This document shows, piece after piece, positions 1-8,740 of a stretch of 64,000 nt of DNA. The translations under genes were made by a program, and so were the position numbers. The notes beneath the pieces were generated by a model, which did no database searches, was not told where the DNA came from, and saw only the letters and a list, made by a program, of their open reading frames with translations. Within the stretch, counting starts at the first letter, position 1; the number at the start of each line of letters is the position of its first letter. This stretch comes from a virus: IMG/VR virus record IMGVR_UViG_3300020048_000012, one strand, 5' to 3'.

Positions 1-567
1 GTCTGCGCCTTCCCACAAATCAAACACATTGACTGGCGTTTCATCTTCAAACGTTGGGCGTGCTTTATCCATGATTTTGTCAAAGATCTTCTTGCCGAAT
101 TTGAACAAACGAACTTGGCCTTCATTCTCTGGATGTTTTGGATCAGCGACGATCAAGACATTTGCAATGTACTGAAGACGACGTTTTTGTTTACGTGCAA
201 CTTCTTTATCTGCATCAGACCCGGTGTTCCAAAGACGAGAATTCAATTCGCCTACTGGATCATTTTCGCCGAGAGTCGTAAGAGAGTTTTCGATGTACCA
301 TTTTCCAGTAGGACCTTGGAATCCATGATTGAACATGCGAATCCATGGAAGTTCATCGGTGACTTCTTTGCCGTCGACTGTTTTTACTGTGCGTGGGAGG
401 AATCGAATTGTAGCGCTGGCGTTACCAGCTTTATCGACTTCAAGTTTCCAGAAACGATCGTCTGAGAAAGACTTAGAATCTGATTTTGGATTAGCGACTT
501 TTTCAAACTCAGAAGAGATTTTACCAAAGTCTGCATTGCGCATTTTACGAAGTGTATTGATGTCCAT
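1..567 (-). CDS. 32: T4 gp32-like ssDNA-binding protein (5' part, runs off window start)
   Basis: Manual translation from ATG at 567: MDINTLRKMRNADFGKISSEF...DDRFWKLEVDKAGNASATIRFLP...HGFQGPTGKWYIENSLTTLGENDPV, typical gp32 motifs; not in ORF track because truncated. Confidence 0.95.
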   Translation of the reverse strand, partial: MDINTLRKMRNADFGKISSEFEKVANPKSDSKSFSDDRFWKLEVDKAGNASATIRFLPRTVKTVDGKEVTDELPWIRMFNHGFQGPTGKWYIENSLTTLGENDPVGELNSRLWNTGSDADKEVARKQKRRLQYIANVLIVADPKHPENEGQVRLFKFGKKIFDKIMDKARPTFEDETPVNVFDLWEGAD

Positions 568-594
568 TTTATGTTTCCTTATATAAACGTAGTA

Positions 595-792
595 TTAACG
601 AGGTTTTGTATGTACAATTTCAATGCTGTCTTTTAATTCAATGTTGTCATCGAATTCATCGTCACCATATTCATCGTACAATTTATTTATATCACGAATA
701 TCGTATTCGGATAGGTTTTTGGGCTTAACGGCCCTAATTTTTTTGAGGCCACGATCGTCGTCGTAGTAACGTGAGTGTGTGGTGCGACCCAT
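595..792 (-). CDS. small hypothetical protein between gp59 and gp32
   Basis: ORF track 65 aa, co-oriented with neighbours. Confidence 0.6.
   Translation of the reverse strand: MGRTTHSRYYDDDRGLKKIRAVKPKNLSEYDIRDINKLYDEYGDDEFDDNIELKDSIEIVHTKPR
684..691 (-). promoter_or_regulatory. T4-type late promoter TATAAATA upstream of gene 32
   Basis: tatttata on plus strand = TATAAATA on minus. Confidence 0.5.
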
Positions 793-796
793 GATA

Positions 797-1387
797 TTAA
801 TTTGAAAGAGTTTCTAAAAGATTGTTATAAGCCGGTGTAAGTTTTATTTTATCATATTTAACGAATTTAGTACACTTTCTAATTGTCAAAAAGTGGTCGT
901 GCCATAACATAATAAGTGGTTCCCATTTTGAAAGATAGTCTGTAAAGTCTTGTAGAATGACCATTGATTCTAAAGTAATATGACCACCGAGATATAGTTT
1001 CAATAGAAGAGGATAGCCATCAGCGATGTCATAGATGTCTTTTTGATTATTGTCTTCAGCAAATTCTTCAATTGTCTTACAGTCTATTTCGAATAGTCGA
1101 GTAATAGATTCTTTTCGAAGTTTCCAAGTCTGATAGTATTGATCAGATTCATTCGAATAGACGACATTCATATGTCCATATGCAACATTCGCAACAAGAA
1201 ATTGGATCAACTCTGCATCAGTTGGAAACTTGCGCGCCAACTTTTCATACAATAACTTATCTCGACGTTTTTCAAATGTTTCACGAGAACAATTGATTCG
1301 TCCTCGTGTTTCGAATACATCATACTTCTCAGTCGTAAAGTGCAACTTAATTGACTGAAAATATTTAAACGCTTTCAATCCATCCAT
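797..1387 (-). CDS. 59: T4 gp59-like helicase loader
   Basis: AFKYFQSIKLHFTTEKYDVF...FEKRRDKLLYEKLARKF motif, synteny with gp32/gp33. Confidence 0.9.
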   Translation of the reverse strand: MDGLKAFKYFQSIKLHFTTEKYDVFETRGRINCSRETFEKRRDKLLYEKLARKFPTDAELIQFLVANVAYGHMNVVYSNESDQYYQTWKLRKESITRLFEIDCKTIEEFAEDNNQKDIYDIADGYPLLLKLYLGGHITLESMVILQDFTDYLSKWEPLIMLWHDHFLTIRKCTKFVKYDKIKLTPAYNNLLETLSN

Positions 1388-1606
1388 TTATTTCTCTATA
1401 TAGGTTGTAGTGCCATTCTGAGATACATAGTTCCAAGATTTGCCGCATGTATTACATGTTACGTCACCGGAAGTCATATTCATATCAGGATTTACATTGA
1501 CTCCTGCCTTATTATAGACAGGAGGATAGTATGCAGCAGTTGTCATAGATACACCGTAACTAAACATGCATTCTTTTTCACATTCAGCATTAATATTGAT
1601 CATCAA
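1388..1606 (-). CDS. hypothetical Cys-containing protein
   Basis: ORF track, CxxC motif, tight packing. Confidence 0.55.
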   Translation of the reverse strand: MMININAECEKECMFSYGVSMTTAAYYPPVYNKAGVNVNPDMNMTSGDVTCNTCGKSWNYVSQNGTTTYIEK

Positions 1607-1853
1607 ACCATCTTTCAGTCTGAATAAATTTCTTTTCTTGTACTGTCAATTCACTAAAGAACTTACGTGGATTTCCACACATATGACAATTGGAATCTCC
1701 GCATGTAGTGCCCGATAATTTGTGCATGCGGTGTTTCTCATCTTCCTTTACTGGAAACCCATGAGACTTCGCAATCTTATATTGTCTTTCCATATAAGCA
1801 TCGTCTTTATGCAAACGCTTACTACGCTTTTCTTTATCTTCTTGAGTACTCAT
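1590..1853 (-). CDS. hypothetical protein (CGDSNCHMCGNPRK motif)
   Basis: ORF track, overlaps neighbours by few nt. Confidence 0.65.
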   Translation of the reverse strand: MSTQEDKEKRSKRLHKDDAYMERQYKIAKSHGFPVKEDEKHRMHKLSGTTCGDSNCHMCGNPRKFFSELTVQEKKFIQTERWFDDQY

Positions 1854-2119
1854 TCATTACACCTCACCATAGAACTTTTGATTAGATGATACCATTTGCT
1901 ACGATCAGATGGAAATACGTATGCATCATCCCATAGTTTTGAAAATCTAGTCAGATCTTTAATTTCAAATGTTGCATTAACTTCCATAAAACCATTAAAG
2001 CCTTCTCCATTCATGTCAGGCGGAGTTGCTGTATACGAACTAATTGCGCTTGAGAATTGCTCTGGTTGCAATAACATTGACATTAAATGTGAGTGACACA
2101 TCGTGACTGATAGTTTCAT
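1850..2119 (-). CDS. hypothetical protein
   Basis: ATGA overlaps with flanking ORFs. Confidence 0.55.
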   Translation of the reverse strand: MKLSVTMCHSHLMSMLLQPEQFSSAISSYTATPPDMNGEGFNGFMEVNATFEIKDLTRFSKLWDDAYVFPSDRSKWYHLIKSSMVRCNE

Positions 2120-2331
2120 ACGTCCAACGTTGCAATTTTCGGAAGAAGATTTGCTTCACGCATGTTAATTTCAATCTTATCACGAAGAGGTTTATTAATC
2201 AGACTTTTGATTTCGTCTGGTTCAATGAAATTATCGGCACAATATTTTAACACTGCGTCCATATGATTCATTCTTTTTTCTACTGCTAATTGTTCGATGT
2301 ATATCGAGAATTGAGCTGCTGTTTTTAACAT
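2116..2331 (-). CDS. 33: T4 gp33-like late transcription coactivator
   Basis: FSIYIEQLAVEKRMNHMDAVLKYCADNFIEPDEIKSLINKPLRDKIE motif; position near gp59. Confidence 0.85.
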   Translation of the reverse strand: MLKTAAQFSIYIEQLAVEKRMNHMDAVLKYCADNFIEPDEIKSLINKPLRDKIEINMREANLLPKIATLDV

Positions 2332-2333
2332 TA

Positions 2334-2597
2334 CTAGGCCTTACTTAAATAAAATTCGACTACTCGCATGAGTCTATTGACTTTTTCATATTCATCGGAT
2401 TTGCGCTTAAACAAAACTTTTACCGGATCTGCATTATCGCATGTTTGCAATTTTTCTTCAAACATATTTAAATATCGATCAAACCATTTATCTAACTTAC
2501 ACCGTTCTTTAAAAATATCATCTTTGATTTTTGCAATTTTGTCCCACTCATTAAATAATGCTGCAACAATGATATCTCTTTCAATTTCCTGATTCAT
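2334..2597 (-). CDS. hypothetical protein
   Basis: ORF track, co-oriented. Confidence 0.6.
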   Translation of the reverse strand: MNQEIERDIIVAALFNEWDKIAKIKDDIFKERCKLDKWFDRYLNMFEEKLQTCDNADPVKVLFKRKSDEYEKVNRLMRVVEFYLSKA

Positions 2598-2818
2598 AGA
2601 TTTTCTTGAATGAAAAGTTTTGCATGATGAATGCTAGTAAATTTACGATCATTGACTAAGATCTTTCGTGGAGAAAAGATCTTAGCTACGAATGGTGTAG
2701 TTTTTAATATGACAAAATCGACAGACTTTTCTTTAATTGGGACTTCTCCCGATGCAAAATATAACGTGTCCCACATTTCATCTTGTGCGAATTTTCTTAA
2801 GAAAGCCGAATTTGCCAT
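2594..2818 (-). CDS. hypothetical protein
   Basis: ORF track, co-oriented. Confidence 0.6.
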   Translation of the reverse strand: MANSAFLRKFAQDEMWDTLYFASGEVPIKEKSVDFVILKTTPFVAKIFSPRKILVNDRKFTSIHHAKLFIQENL

Positions 2819-2858
2819 AATATACTCCTACTTAAATATATTATATCACATACATGAA

Positions 2859-3563
2859 TTAAAGTACAGGATTAAATGCAACCTTTTGCTTAGTTGATTT
2901 AGTAGGCGCTTTCTTTGGGACCGGTTTAGCGCGTGTCACCTTATTAGCGGTTGGTTTAGATTCTACTTCATTCTTTATTTGTGTTGCATCAGATGCATCA
3001 ACGATTGCTTTACGCAATTCTGCGCGCTTAGTAATTCGCTTAACGACTTCTTCGCCATCCATCCAAATATCTTTATTATCGAGCATCGAACTAATTTCTT
3101 CGTTTGTCATAAAGTTTAGATAAATTTCTTTCATTAGATTTTCTGACCATTTGCGCTCATGCAAAAGCTGATCGATCATCTCTCCGCCTTTACCAATAGC
3201 GCCACCAGAATAATTGTGAAACATGAACACAGAATGCGGCGTGACTTCATATTGATCTGCACATAAGAAAATCATAGTTGCTGCGGACATGCATGCGCCT
3301 TCTACTGAAATAATCACATGAGCTTGGGTGTCAGCTAATACTCGCATAAACTGAATCGCAGTGAATAAATCGCCACCATAACTATTGATATACACCTTAA
3401 TACAATCATTTTCATTCGCGTGACGAATTAGGTTGAACCATTCTACATAATCTTCAGCGGGTCCAATTTCACCCGTTAAATAGAATTCATGAACGCTAGC
3501 AATTGGATTTACGTATACGCCGCGAGTAGTTTTTTGTTTAAAATCGAACATTTCTAAATCCAT
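2859..3563 (-). CDS. ClpP-like serine protease (S14 family) with basic C-terminal tail
   Basis: VYINSYGG, GACMSAAT (catalytic Ser), FMFHNYS (His), DIWMDGEE motifs. Confidence 0.85.
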   Translation of the reverse strand: MDLEMFDFKQKTTRGVYVNPIASVHEFYLTGEIGPAEDYVEWFNLIRHANENDCIKVYINSYGGDLFTAIQFMRVLADTQAHVIISVEGACMSAATMIFLCADQYEVTPHSVFMFHNYSGGAIGKGGEMIDQLLHERKWSENLMKEIYLNFMTNEEISSMLDNKDIWMDGEEVVKRITKRAELRKAIVDASDATQIKNEVESKPTANKVTRAKPVPKKAPTKSTKQKVAFNPVL

Positions 3564-3577
3564 AATAATCCTTATTG

Positions 3578-4099
3578 TTAATCCCGATAGAAAATATGTC
3601 GACCAATTTTTGTAGTTTTTTCCAGTCTACTCCAATTTGGTTGAACATAATCGGCATGATAGAACGTAGCACCAAATGTGTTATCCATTGTTGAATCATA
3701 ATTGAGATATACTAATGTGGCTATATCCTGTATCTGATTATACACAGATGTGTTAATTTTATTCAATCTATTTGTCATACCAACCCACGAAAATTGATAC
3801 GTACGACCAGTTTTTTGATATACAACTCCGCATAAAGAATTTGGGTATTTTCCAGATAGTGCCCTATTCATCGTAACAGCAGCGACAGCGATCCATCCTG
3901 CCATTGGCTCTCCAGCCGCTTCTCGATAAATGTTGATAGTTAAGCAATCAATTTGTTTTTTGACTGATTTTGACAATTCTGCGTATGCTACTTTATAATT
4001 CGATTCTCTCGATAATGTCGGCGCTATAGCAGAATTTGTAGTTGATATGAATGCTAAAATAAGCATTGCGTATATTGTGTATATGCTTCTTATTTGCAT
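3578..4099 (-). CDS. cell wall hydrolase, SleB/Hydrolase_2 family
   Basis: CLTINIYREAAGE...VAAVTMNR...YQFSW...ATFYHADYVQPNW...IGRHIFY. Confidence 0.9.
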   Translation of the reverse strand: MQIRSIYTIYAMLILAFISTTNSAIAPTLSRESNYKVAYAELSKSVKKQIDCLTINIYREAAGEPMAGWIAVAAVTMNRALSGKYPNSLCGVVYQKTGRTYQFSWVGMTNRLNKINTSVYNQIQDIATLVYLNYDSTMDNTFGATFYHADYVQPNWSRLEKTTKIGRHIFYRD

Positions 4100-4107
4100 A
4101 ATATCCT

Positions 4108-4194
4108 TTTAATTGAAGGCCAACTGATTTGGTTATAAGGACAGTTGGCGAAACCTCAGGCTAAGTCAGCTTACGCTGCAAGAGCCCAAACGTA
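4108..4194 (-). pseudogene. displaced original 3' end of tmRNA coding piece (tag end YVWALAA* plus pseudoknot)
   Basis: Minus strand TAC GTT TGG GCT CTT GCA GCG TAA (stop at 4171-4173), stop in hairpin CAGC-GTAA-GCTG, then 8-bp stem GCCAACTG/CAGTTGGC with TGAGG:CCTTA pseudoknot pairing. Confidence 0.7.
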
Positions 4195-4200
4195 TAAATA
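4193..4200 (+). promoter_or_regulatory. late promoter TATAAATA for antisense GIY-YIG gene
   Basis: Exact consensus about 40 nt upstream of ORF 4243. Confidence 0.7.
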
Positions 4201-4242
4201 TTTAATATTATCACACTAACATAAATTATTAGGAATGACATT

Positions 4243-4929
4243 ATGAATATCTATATGCCGTATGTATATAAAGTAACTCATACAACAACACAGCAATTCT
4301 ATATAGGAATGAGATCTGCTAATACTGTAGTTGCGGAAAATGATTTAGGCGTGCATTATTTTACTTCATCTAAATTTGTAAAGTCTAATTTTGATTGTTT
4401 TAAAATTAAAATTTTGGCATACTTTGTCGACCAAGAAGCGGCGTTCGAATTTGAAAATAATTTAATACGCGATAACTGGGGAAATTCTTTATTATTAAAT
4501 AAACACTTTCAGACATCTATGAGCACATTCTCTATGACTGGGTTTGCTCGTCCTGATCAATCTATTCGTAATAAACATACAAAAAGTAAACCAAAAGAGT
4601 CTAGAACATATGTATGTCCTAATTGCCAGATTGAACATATAAAGGTAGAGCATTCACATTTGATACGAAAGGACAAATATTGCAGTAAGAGATGCTCAAA
4701 TCAATCAAATGGCAAAAAGTCTATTCAGCACAATAAAGGCAAAAAGCTCAAAAACACTGGAAGAGTCGCGTGGAATAAAGGAATATCAAATCAACATAGC
4801 GCTGAAAATGGAAAAAGAAGTGCTGCGAAGCAATCTCAAACAATCACTGGAAGAAAAAGAAAATATAGAGATGATGGATCTTGGTTCTGGATTAAAGAGT
4901 CAGTTGATCCTGTTACGAAGCTCAACTGA
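4243..4929 (+). CDS. free-standing GIY-YIG (Seg-like) homing endonuclease with Zn-finger and NUMOD-like tail
   Basis: YVYKVTH...FYIGMR...E...N catalytic pattern; CPNC/CSKRC; AWNKG; antisense to neighbours. Confidence 0.8.
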   Translation: MNIYMPYVYKVTHTTTQQFYIGMRSANTVVAENDLGVHYFTSSKFVKSNFDCFKIKILAYFVDQEAAFEFENNLIRDNWGNSLLLNKHFQTSMSTFSMTGFARPDQSIRNKHTKSKPKESRTYVCPNCQIEHIKVEHSHLIRKDKYCSKRCSNQSNGKKSIQHNKGKKLKNTGRVAWNKGISNQHSAENGKRSAAKQSQTITGRKRKYRDDGSWFWIKESVDPVTKLN

Positions 4930-5238
4930 CAAAGCTCTACTCTATTGCTACTTATGCAGCTTGAAGAGAATATGCATACTCATCGTTTGCTTTTACTTGA
5001 TTTGCTTGATTAACGGTCATCGCGTACCGTGTCGCCGTCTCTACTATTTAGCCCAATCGATCGCCATGTCAGCCCCATCAGAAGAATTCTTGGCGTATCT
5101 GTCTTTGTTACCGGAATTGCACCGTACAAGCGGGATCTGGGATGCCAAACCTGAGGGATTAACCTTCAGAATTCTTCTGGTGGAGCTGCCGGCTTCGAAG
5201 CCGGTTCTTGGACTCCTTCATATTGAAGGGATTACGAC
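4895..5238 (-). ncRNA. ssrA: circularly permuted (two-piece) tmRNA
   Basis: Acceptor piece ends CAGCTCC-A-CCA at 5178; coding piece starts GGGGCTG at 5076 (G3:U70, A73 Ala identity); H2a TTGGGCT/AGTCCAA; tag ORF; 101-nt intervening segment closed by 10-bp inverted repeat. Outer ends approximate. Confidence 0.88.
4952..4990 (-). other. tmRNA proteolysis tag reading frame ANDEYAYSLQAA*
   Basis: GCA AAC GAT GAG TAT GCA TAT TCT CTT CAA GCT GCA TAA; canonical AND resume codons and AA C-terminus. Confidence 0.88.
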
Positions 5239-5244
5239 AATATT

Positions 5245-5454
5245 TTAATTATATCCCAAATCGATATTGTCTGAACAATCTAATTTTGGACATAAAAACC
5301 ACTTAGTTTTACGTAAGTATTCTAACATATCGCTCTTATTCATGGCCATTGCTTTTGATGACATCTCAACAAACACATCGTATCCATGTAATATTTCTTG
5401 CTCTGATTGCCCTTGGCACCATGCCTGATACATTGTTTTTGTGTAGATATACAT
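5245..5454 (-). CDS. hypothetical protein
   Basis: ORF track; late promoter TATAAATA at 5481-5488 upstream. Confidence 0.55.
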   Translation of the reverse strand: MYIYTKTMYQAWCQGQSEQEILHGYDVFVEMSSKAMAMNKSDMLEYLRKTKWFLCPKLDCSDNIDLGYN

Positions 5455-5480
5455 TCTGACCTCAAATAATACAGGTCTAT

Positions 5481-5488
5481 TATTTATA
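5481..5488 (-). promoter_or_regulatory. late promoter TATAAATA upstream of tmRNA locus
   Basis: Exact consensus in intergenic gap. Confidence 0.65.
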
Positions 5489-5494
5489 CAAAAA

Positions 5495-6145
5495 TTAATG
5501 TCCTTTTATGCGACGGAATTGTTCTCGTAGTTCAACAAACTTATCGATCCAATTATCGCGCTTTTCTATAAATATGCATGGATTTTCATTGTCAACTCCC
5601 ATGATAATCACAAGTCGTGAAACAGGAATGCCAGTTCTTTCTTCGAATGCAACTGCATACGCAGAGCACTGAATAAAATAACCAGGAATATCTTCTTTTG
5701 TTTTGACACGAGAAGACGTCTTAAAATCGACTACAGATATCTTACCATCGTAATCGCAGATACAGTCGACTGTTCCCGCGACTTGAAGATGATCAGAATA
5801 AAGTTTTGACTCCAATGCATGAATGTTATCCATCATATCAAGATGTGGAATCATTGAGTTAAATACTTGCTGATCGAAAATAGTAGGCGTTGGATTCTTG
5901 TCGTGTAAATAATCCTCGCACAGAGAGTGAATAATAGTTCCACGCCTACTAGCTCTAGCGCCGACTCGATTTGCTTCTTCTTCGCCAACTCGCCGACGCC
6001 ACGCAAACAGCTCATCTCTACCCAATTGCCCTGTGATAGAAGTCACAGATGGATATTTCAGTCCTGTTGGAGTTTGATAAACGCGTCCATTAGGTCCATC
6101 GACGCGTTTAATCGATGGAAATTCATGATGTATAAAATTTTTCAC
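5495..6145 (-). CDS. PD-(D/E)XK exonuclease (Cas4/lambda-exo-like, common in T4-like phages)
   Basis: YPSVTSI, RGTIIH, AGTVDC...VVDFKTS, YFIQCSAY motifs. Confidence 0.85.
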   Translation of the reverse strand: MKNFIHHEFPSIKRVDGPNGRVYQTPTGLKYPSVTSITGQLGRDELFAWRRRVGEEEANRVGARASRRGTIIHSLCEDYLHDKNPTPTIFDQQVFNSMIPHLDMMDNIHALESKLYSDHLQVAGTVDCICDYDGKISVVDFKTSSRVKTKEDIPGYFIQCSAYAVAFEERTGIPVSRLVIIMGVDNENPCIFIEKRDNWIDKFVELREQFRRIKGH

Positions 6146-6573
6146 TAGTCGATAGTCTTTCCTGCTTGTAGATCTTTTAGCGTCAATCCACCGGTATACT
6201 GAAAGTGCGGAAATTCACGAAATGTCTTCCAATCGCCCGCCCATTCTAGGCCAACCGATTTTCCAATATTACCGAGTGCCTCCCAAATGTCGTAATCTGC
6301 GCCCTTTGTTCCCCATACAGGCTTGCCATTTCGTAGTGGTACAACATCAAATGCACATCGATAATTATGCCAAGACTGACCGGCTTTCGCATTAGTTACT
6401 TTATTGCCAGGCTTTGTTCGCCCTTGAGCATATAATGCGTTTTGCGATTCCGCATCGCGATAAGTTGAAGTGACTAGCACATCAATGTCATATTGCGCGC
6501 ATTGAAATAGAAATGACTGAGCCATTACTTTTACTTTTGGATGCAATTCATCCAGTGATCTGCTATTAATCAT
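6145..6573 (-). CDS. endolysin, L-alanyl-D-glutamate peptidase (M15 family)
   Basis: TYRDAESQNALYAQGRT, SWHNYRCAFD, EFPHFQ. Confidence 0.9.
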   Translation of the reverse strand: MINSRSLDELHPKVKVMAQSFLFQCAQYDIDVLVTSTYRDAESQNALYAQGRTKPGNKVTNAKAGQSWHNYRCAFDVVPLRNGKPVWGTKGADYDIWEALGNIGKSVGLEWAGDWKTFREFPHFQYTGGLTLKDLQAGKTID

Positions 6574-6574
6574 A

Positions 6575-7342
6575 TCAATATCCGTTTTCTTCGCAAGCGA
6601 TAATCCACGATTTTACTAAACTACTACGAACAATGTCATCGGGTGTGAAATACACTTCTTGGAATGCTGGCATCGATGTAGCAATCTTTCTAAAGTCGTG
6701 AAATGCACTTTGATCTTTATTACTACGAATCAAATCAGATTGCTTATAATCGCCACAAAAAATAATCTTTGAACGATGACCAACTCGAGTAATAATAGTG
6801 TTAATTTCTTGGAAATTCATATTTTGAATTTCATCGACGATGATAATCGAATCATCGATGGAAATGCCACGAATCGCAGTAGTAGAAATGAAACGAGCAT
6901 GGCCTTGTTCTTTTAATCGTTCCCACGAATCAGAACGACCAAACAATGTAGTGCACACTTCCTTATATGGTAACTCATAAATTTCCTGTTTCTCTTCAAG
7001 AGACCCAGGAAGATGTCCAATTTCGCGCAATTGGACCATACTGCGAACTACTACGATATTTTTAAAGTTATTGTCTTTCGATAATACTTCTTCGATCGCC
7101 TTATACATTGCAAGGAATGTCTTGCCTACACCTGGACTTCCAAATAATCCCATGAAGTATCCACCACCTCGATACATTTCAAAGAATAGTTCCTGATTTG
7201 GTGTTAGCGCGTTAAATGTTTTTAAATGATCTAGCTTAATTTTTAAAGCATTACTTACAGGTTGATGACGATGTGTATGTCCATCATCTTCGACTAATTC
7301 CAACTTGTGTTGAACTGGAGAGCGTTTATTATTGCTAGCCAT
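6575..7342 (-). CDS. phoH: PhoH-like ATPase
   Basis: GSPGVGKT, IGHLPG, IRGISIDDSIIIVDEIQN, IIFCGDYKQSDL. Confidence 0.92.
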   Translation of the reverse strand: MASNNKRSPVQHKLELVEDDGHTHRHQPVSNALKIKLDHLKTFNALTPNQELFFEMYRGGGYFMGLFGSPGVGKTFLAMYKAIEEVLSKDNNFKNIVVVRSMVQLREIGHLPGSLEEKQEIYELPYKEVCTTLFGRSDSWERLKEQGHARFISTTAIRGISIDDSIIIVDEIQNMNFQEINTIITRVGHRSKIIFCGDYKQSDLIRSNKDQSAFHDFRKIATSMPAFQEVYFTPDDIVRSSLVKSWIIACEENGY

Positions 7343-7362
7343 GCATTTCCTATTATGTTAAA

Positions 7363-7620
7363 CTAAAGATTAGTAGTTCTATTCATATCACTACCGGCGG
7401 TTCTTTTATGAACTTTATTTAAGACTTCTTTAAATCCTCTTTGATGCTGGTTTAACCCTAGAGCAATCGAGTCGCCATGACGTGGCGCAACAAACGTGCG
7501 CTGTTCAGTTTCAATTGAATCGCAGTTTGGACACTCATGAGCATTGGATCTTTCGGCTATTTTGCATGTCACTTCGAACACAGTGTCGCATTTCATACAT
7601 TGATAATCATATAGTGGCAT
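7363..7620 (-). CDS. FmdB-type zinc-ribbon protein
   Basis: MPLYDYQCMKC...CPNC. Confidence 0.85.
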   Translation of the reverse strand: MPLYDYQCMKCDTVFEVTCKIAERSNAHECPNCDSIETEQRTFVAPRHGDSIALGLNQHQRGFKEVLNKVHKRTAGSDMNRTTNL

Positions 7621-7653
7621 GTTTTTCCTATTTAAGTAGTCTCTTTTTATTTA

Positions 7654-8250
7654 TCACGCAGTTAGGATTGCTCGAGCTAACAATTGCATTCTCATCACGT
7701 CCATTACAATATCATGACGTGGGTCGTGTTTGACAAATTTTGCCTCTAGCGCAGATGGCATGAAGTCATTTTTAATGTTCATTCCATATGACATACCTTC
7801 AATCATAGATCGAGTGTCGCGGATGATACGCCAGTGCATTGGATTTTTTGTACCGCAATTTTCTAGAACAGAGTCAAGGAAGATTGGGTCAAACGTGTTA
7901 CCTCTTGTAAAGGCCTTTTTCAATGTCTTAAAATCGATATTTTCCATAAGAAAAGCATGGAGTGTATCGATCGATTCGTCATTTTCAGATGGAGCGAGTT
8001 GTTTTCGCGCTTCATCACCTTGGGCTAACCACCAATCAATAGTTTCTTTTGATACAGATCGACCATATTTGTTAGCTTGTTCATCGACGTTAAATTTGAT
8101 GTATTTGCAATTGCTGAGGAGTTCGTCGTACGAATATTCATTTTCAGTGAAACGCGATTCGTCATACGATAATAGCGCCAATGAAAGAACGGCGCTTTTA
8201 CGCTGATCTTGGCCAAGAGTTTCAAAGTCATAAATTACACAGTTGTTCAT
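7654..8250 (-). CDS. dexA: DexA-like 3'-5' exonuclease
   Basis: IYDFETLG, TIDWW, RGNTFDPIFL, WRIIRDTRS, HDPRHD (DEDDh). Confidence 0.85.
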   Translation of the reverse strand: MNNCVIYDFETLGQDQRKSAVLSLALLSYDESRFTENEYSYDELLSNCKYIKFNVDEQANKYGRSVSKETIDWWLAQGDEARKQLAPSENDESIDTLHAFLMENIDFKTLKKAFTRGNTFDPIFLDSVLENCGTKNPMHWRIIRDTRSMIEGMSYGMNIKNDFMPSALEAKFVKHDPRHDIVMDVMRMQLLARAILTA

Positions 8251-8265
8251 AATAAACTTTCTAAA

Positions 8266-8739
8266 TTACATAAGATATACGATAATGCATATCACAAATA
8301 GCGTTATAAGTGCTATTTTATACTTAGTGAATATGCTTTTCTTGGTGTTAGATTGTGCAATAGCGTTTTCTTTGCGATATAACTCTCGAAGTTGATACCT
8401 AAACATATTTGTTCTACGTTGCACAAGAGTTTTTGGCGGTCGTGGCTCAGTTCTAACTACATGCTTACTACGAGTTTTCAAAGACTGTGTAGTTCTTACG
8501 CTGGATTTAATTATTGGCGTTTTTACTTCTTTTTTCTTAGCAAAAAGCTTTATAGTTTTTACATATCTAGCGCCATTGCCAAGATTATAAGTTGTTGTCA
8601 GGCCTTTTTTGCCAAAATTTAATGTTAGATTGTTGCCTATCTTTTGACTTTGCGATATGCCGATACCGCCAGTTCGAGACGCATGGAAATTAGTCCATGA
8701 TTTGGCACCTTTAGTACGTTTGCGTACTATAAATCCCAT
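8266..8739 (-). CDS. DUF4236-like protein with C-terminal TM helix
   Basis: MGFIVRKR...GIGISQS...GLTTTYNLGNGARYVK; hydrophobic C-terminus. Confidence 0.55.
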   Translation of the reverse strand: MGFIVRKRTKGAKSWTNFHASRTGGIGISQSQKIGNNLTLNFGKKGLTTTYNLGNGARYVKTIKLFAKKKEVKTPIIKSSVRTTQSLKTRSKHVVRTEPRPPKTLVQRRTNMFRYQLRELYRKENAIAQSNTKKSIFTKYKIALITLFVICIIVYLM

Positions 8740-8740
8740 T

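Noticed and set aside
115-586. Plus-strand ORFs 115..465 and 329..586
   Set aside because: Antisense shadows of gene 32. The same applies to nearly all other plus-strand ORFs in the track, apart from the three endonucleases
4195-4951. Group I intron explanation for the tmRNA interruption
   Set aside because: No P7/catalytic-core motifs seen; the ORF fills almost the whole interval, is antisense and has its own late promoter; the tag end is duplicated rather than simply interrupted
4709-5248. 179-aa plus-strand ORF
   Set aside because: Overlaps the GIY-YIG gene out of frame and lies antisense to the tmRNA; no motif or SD
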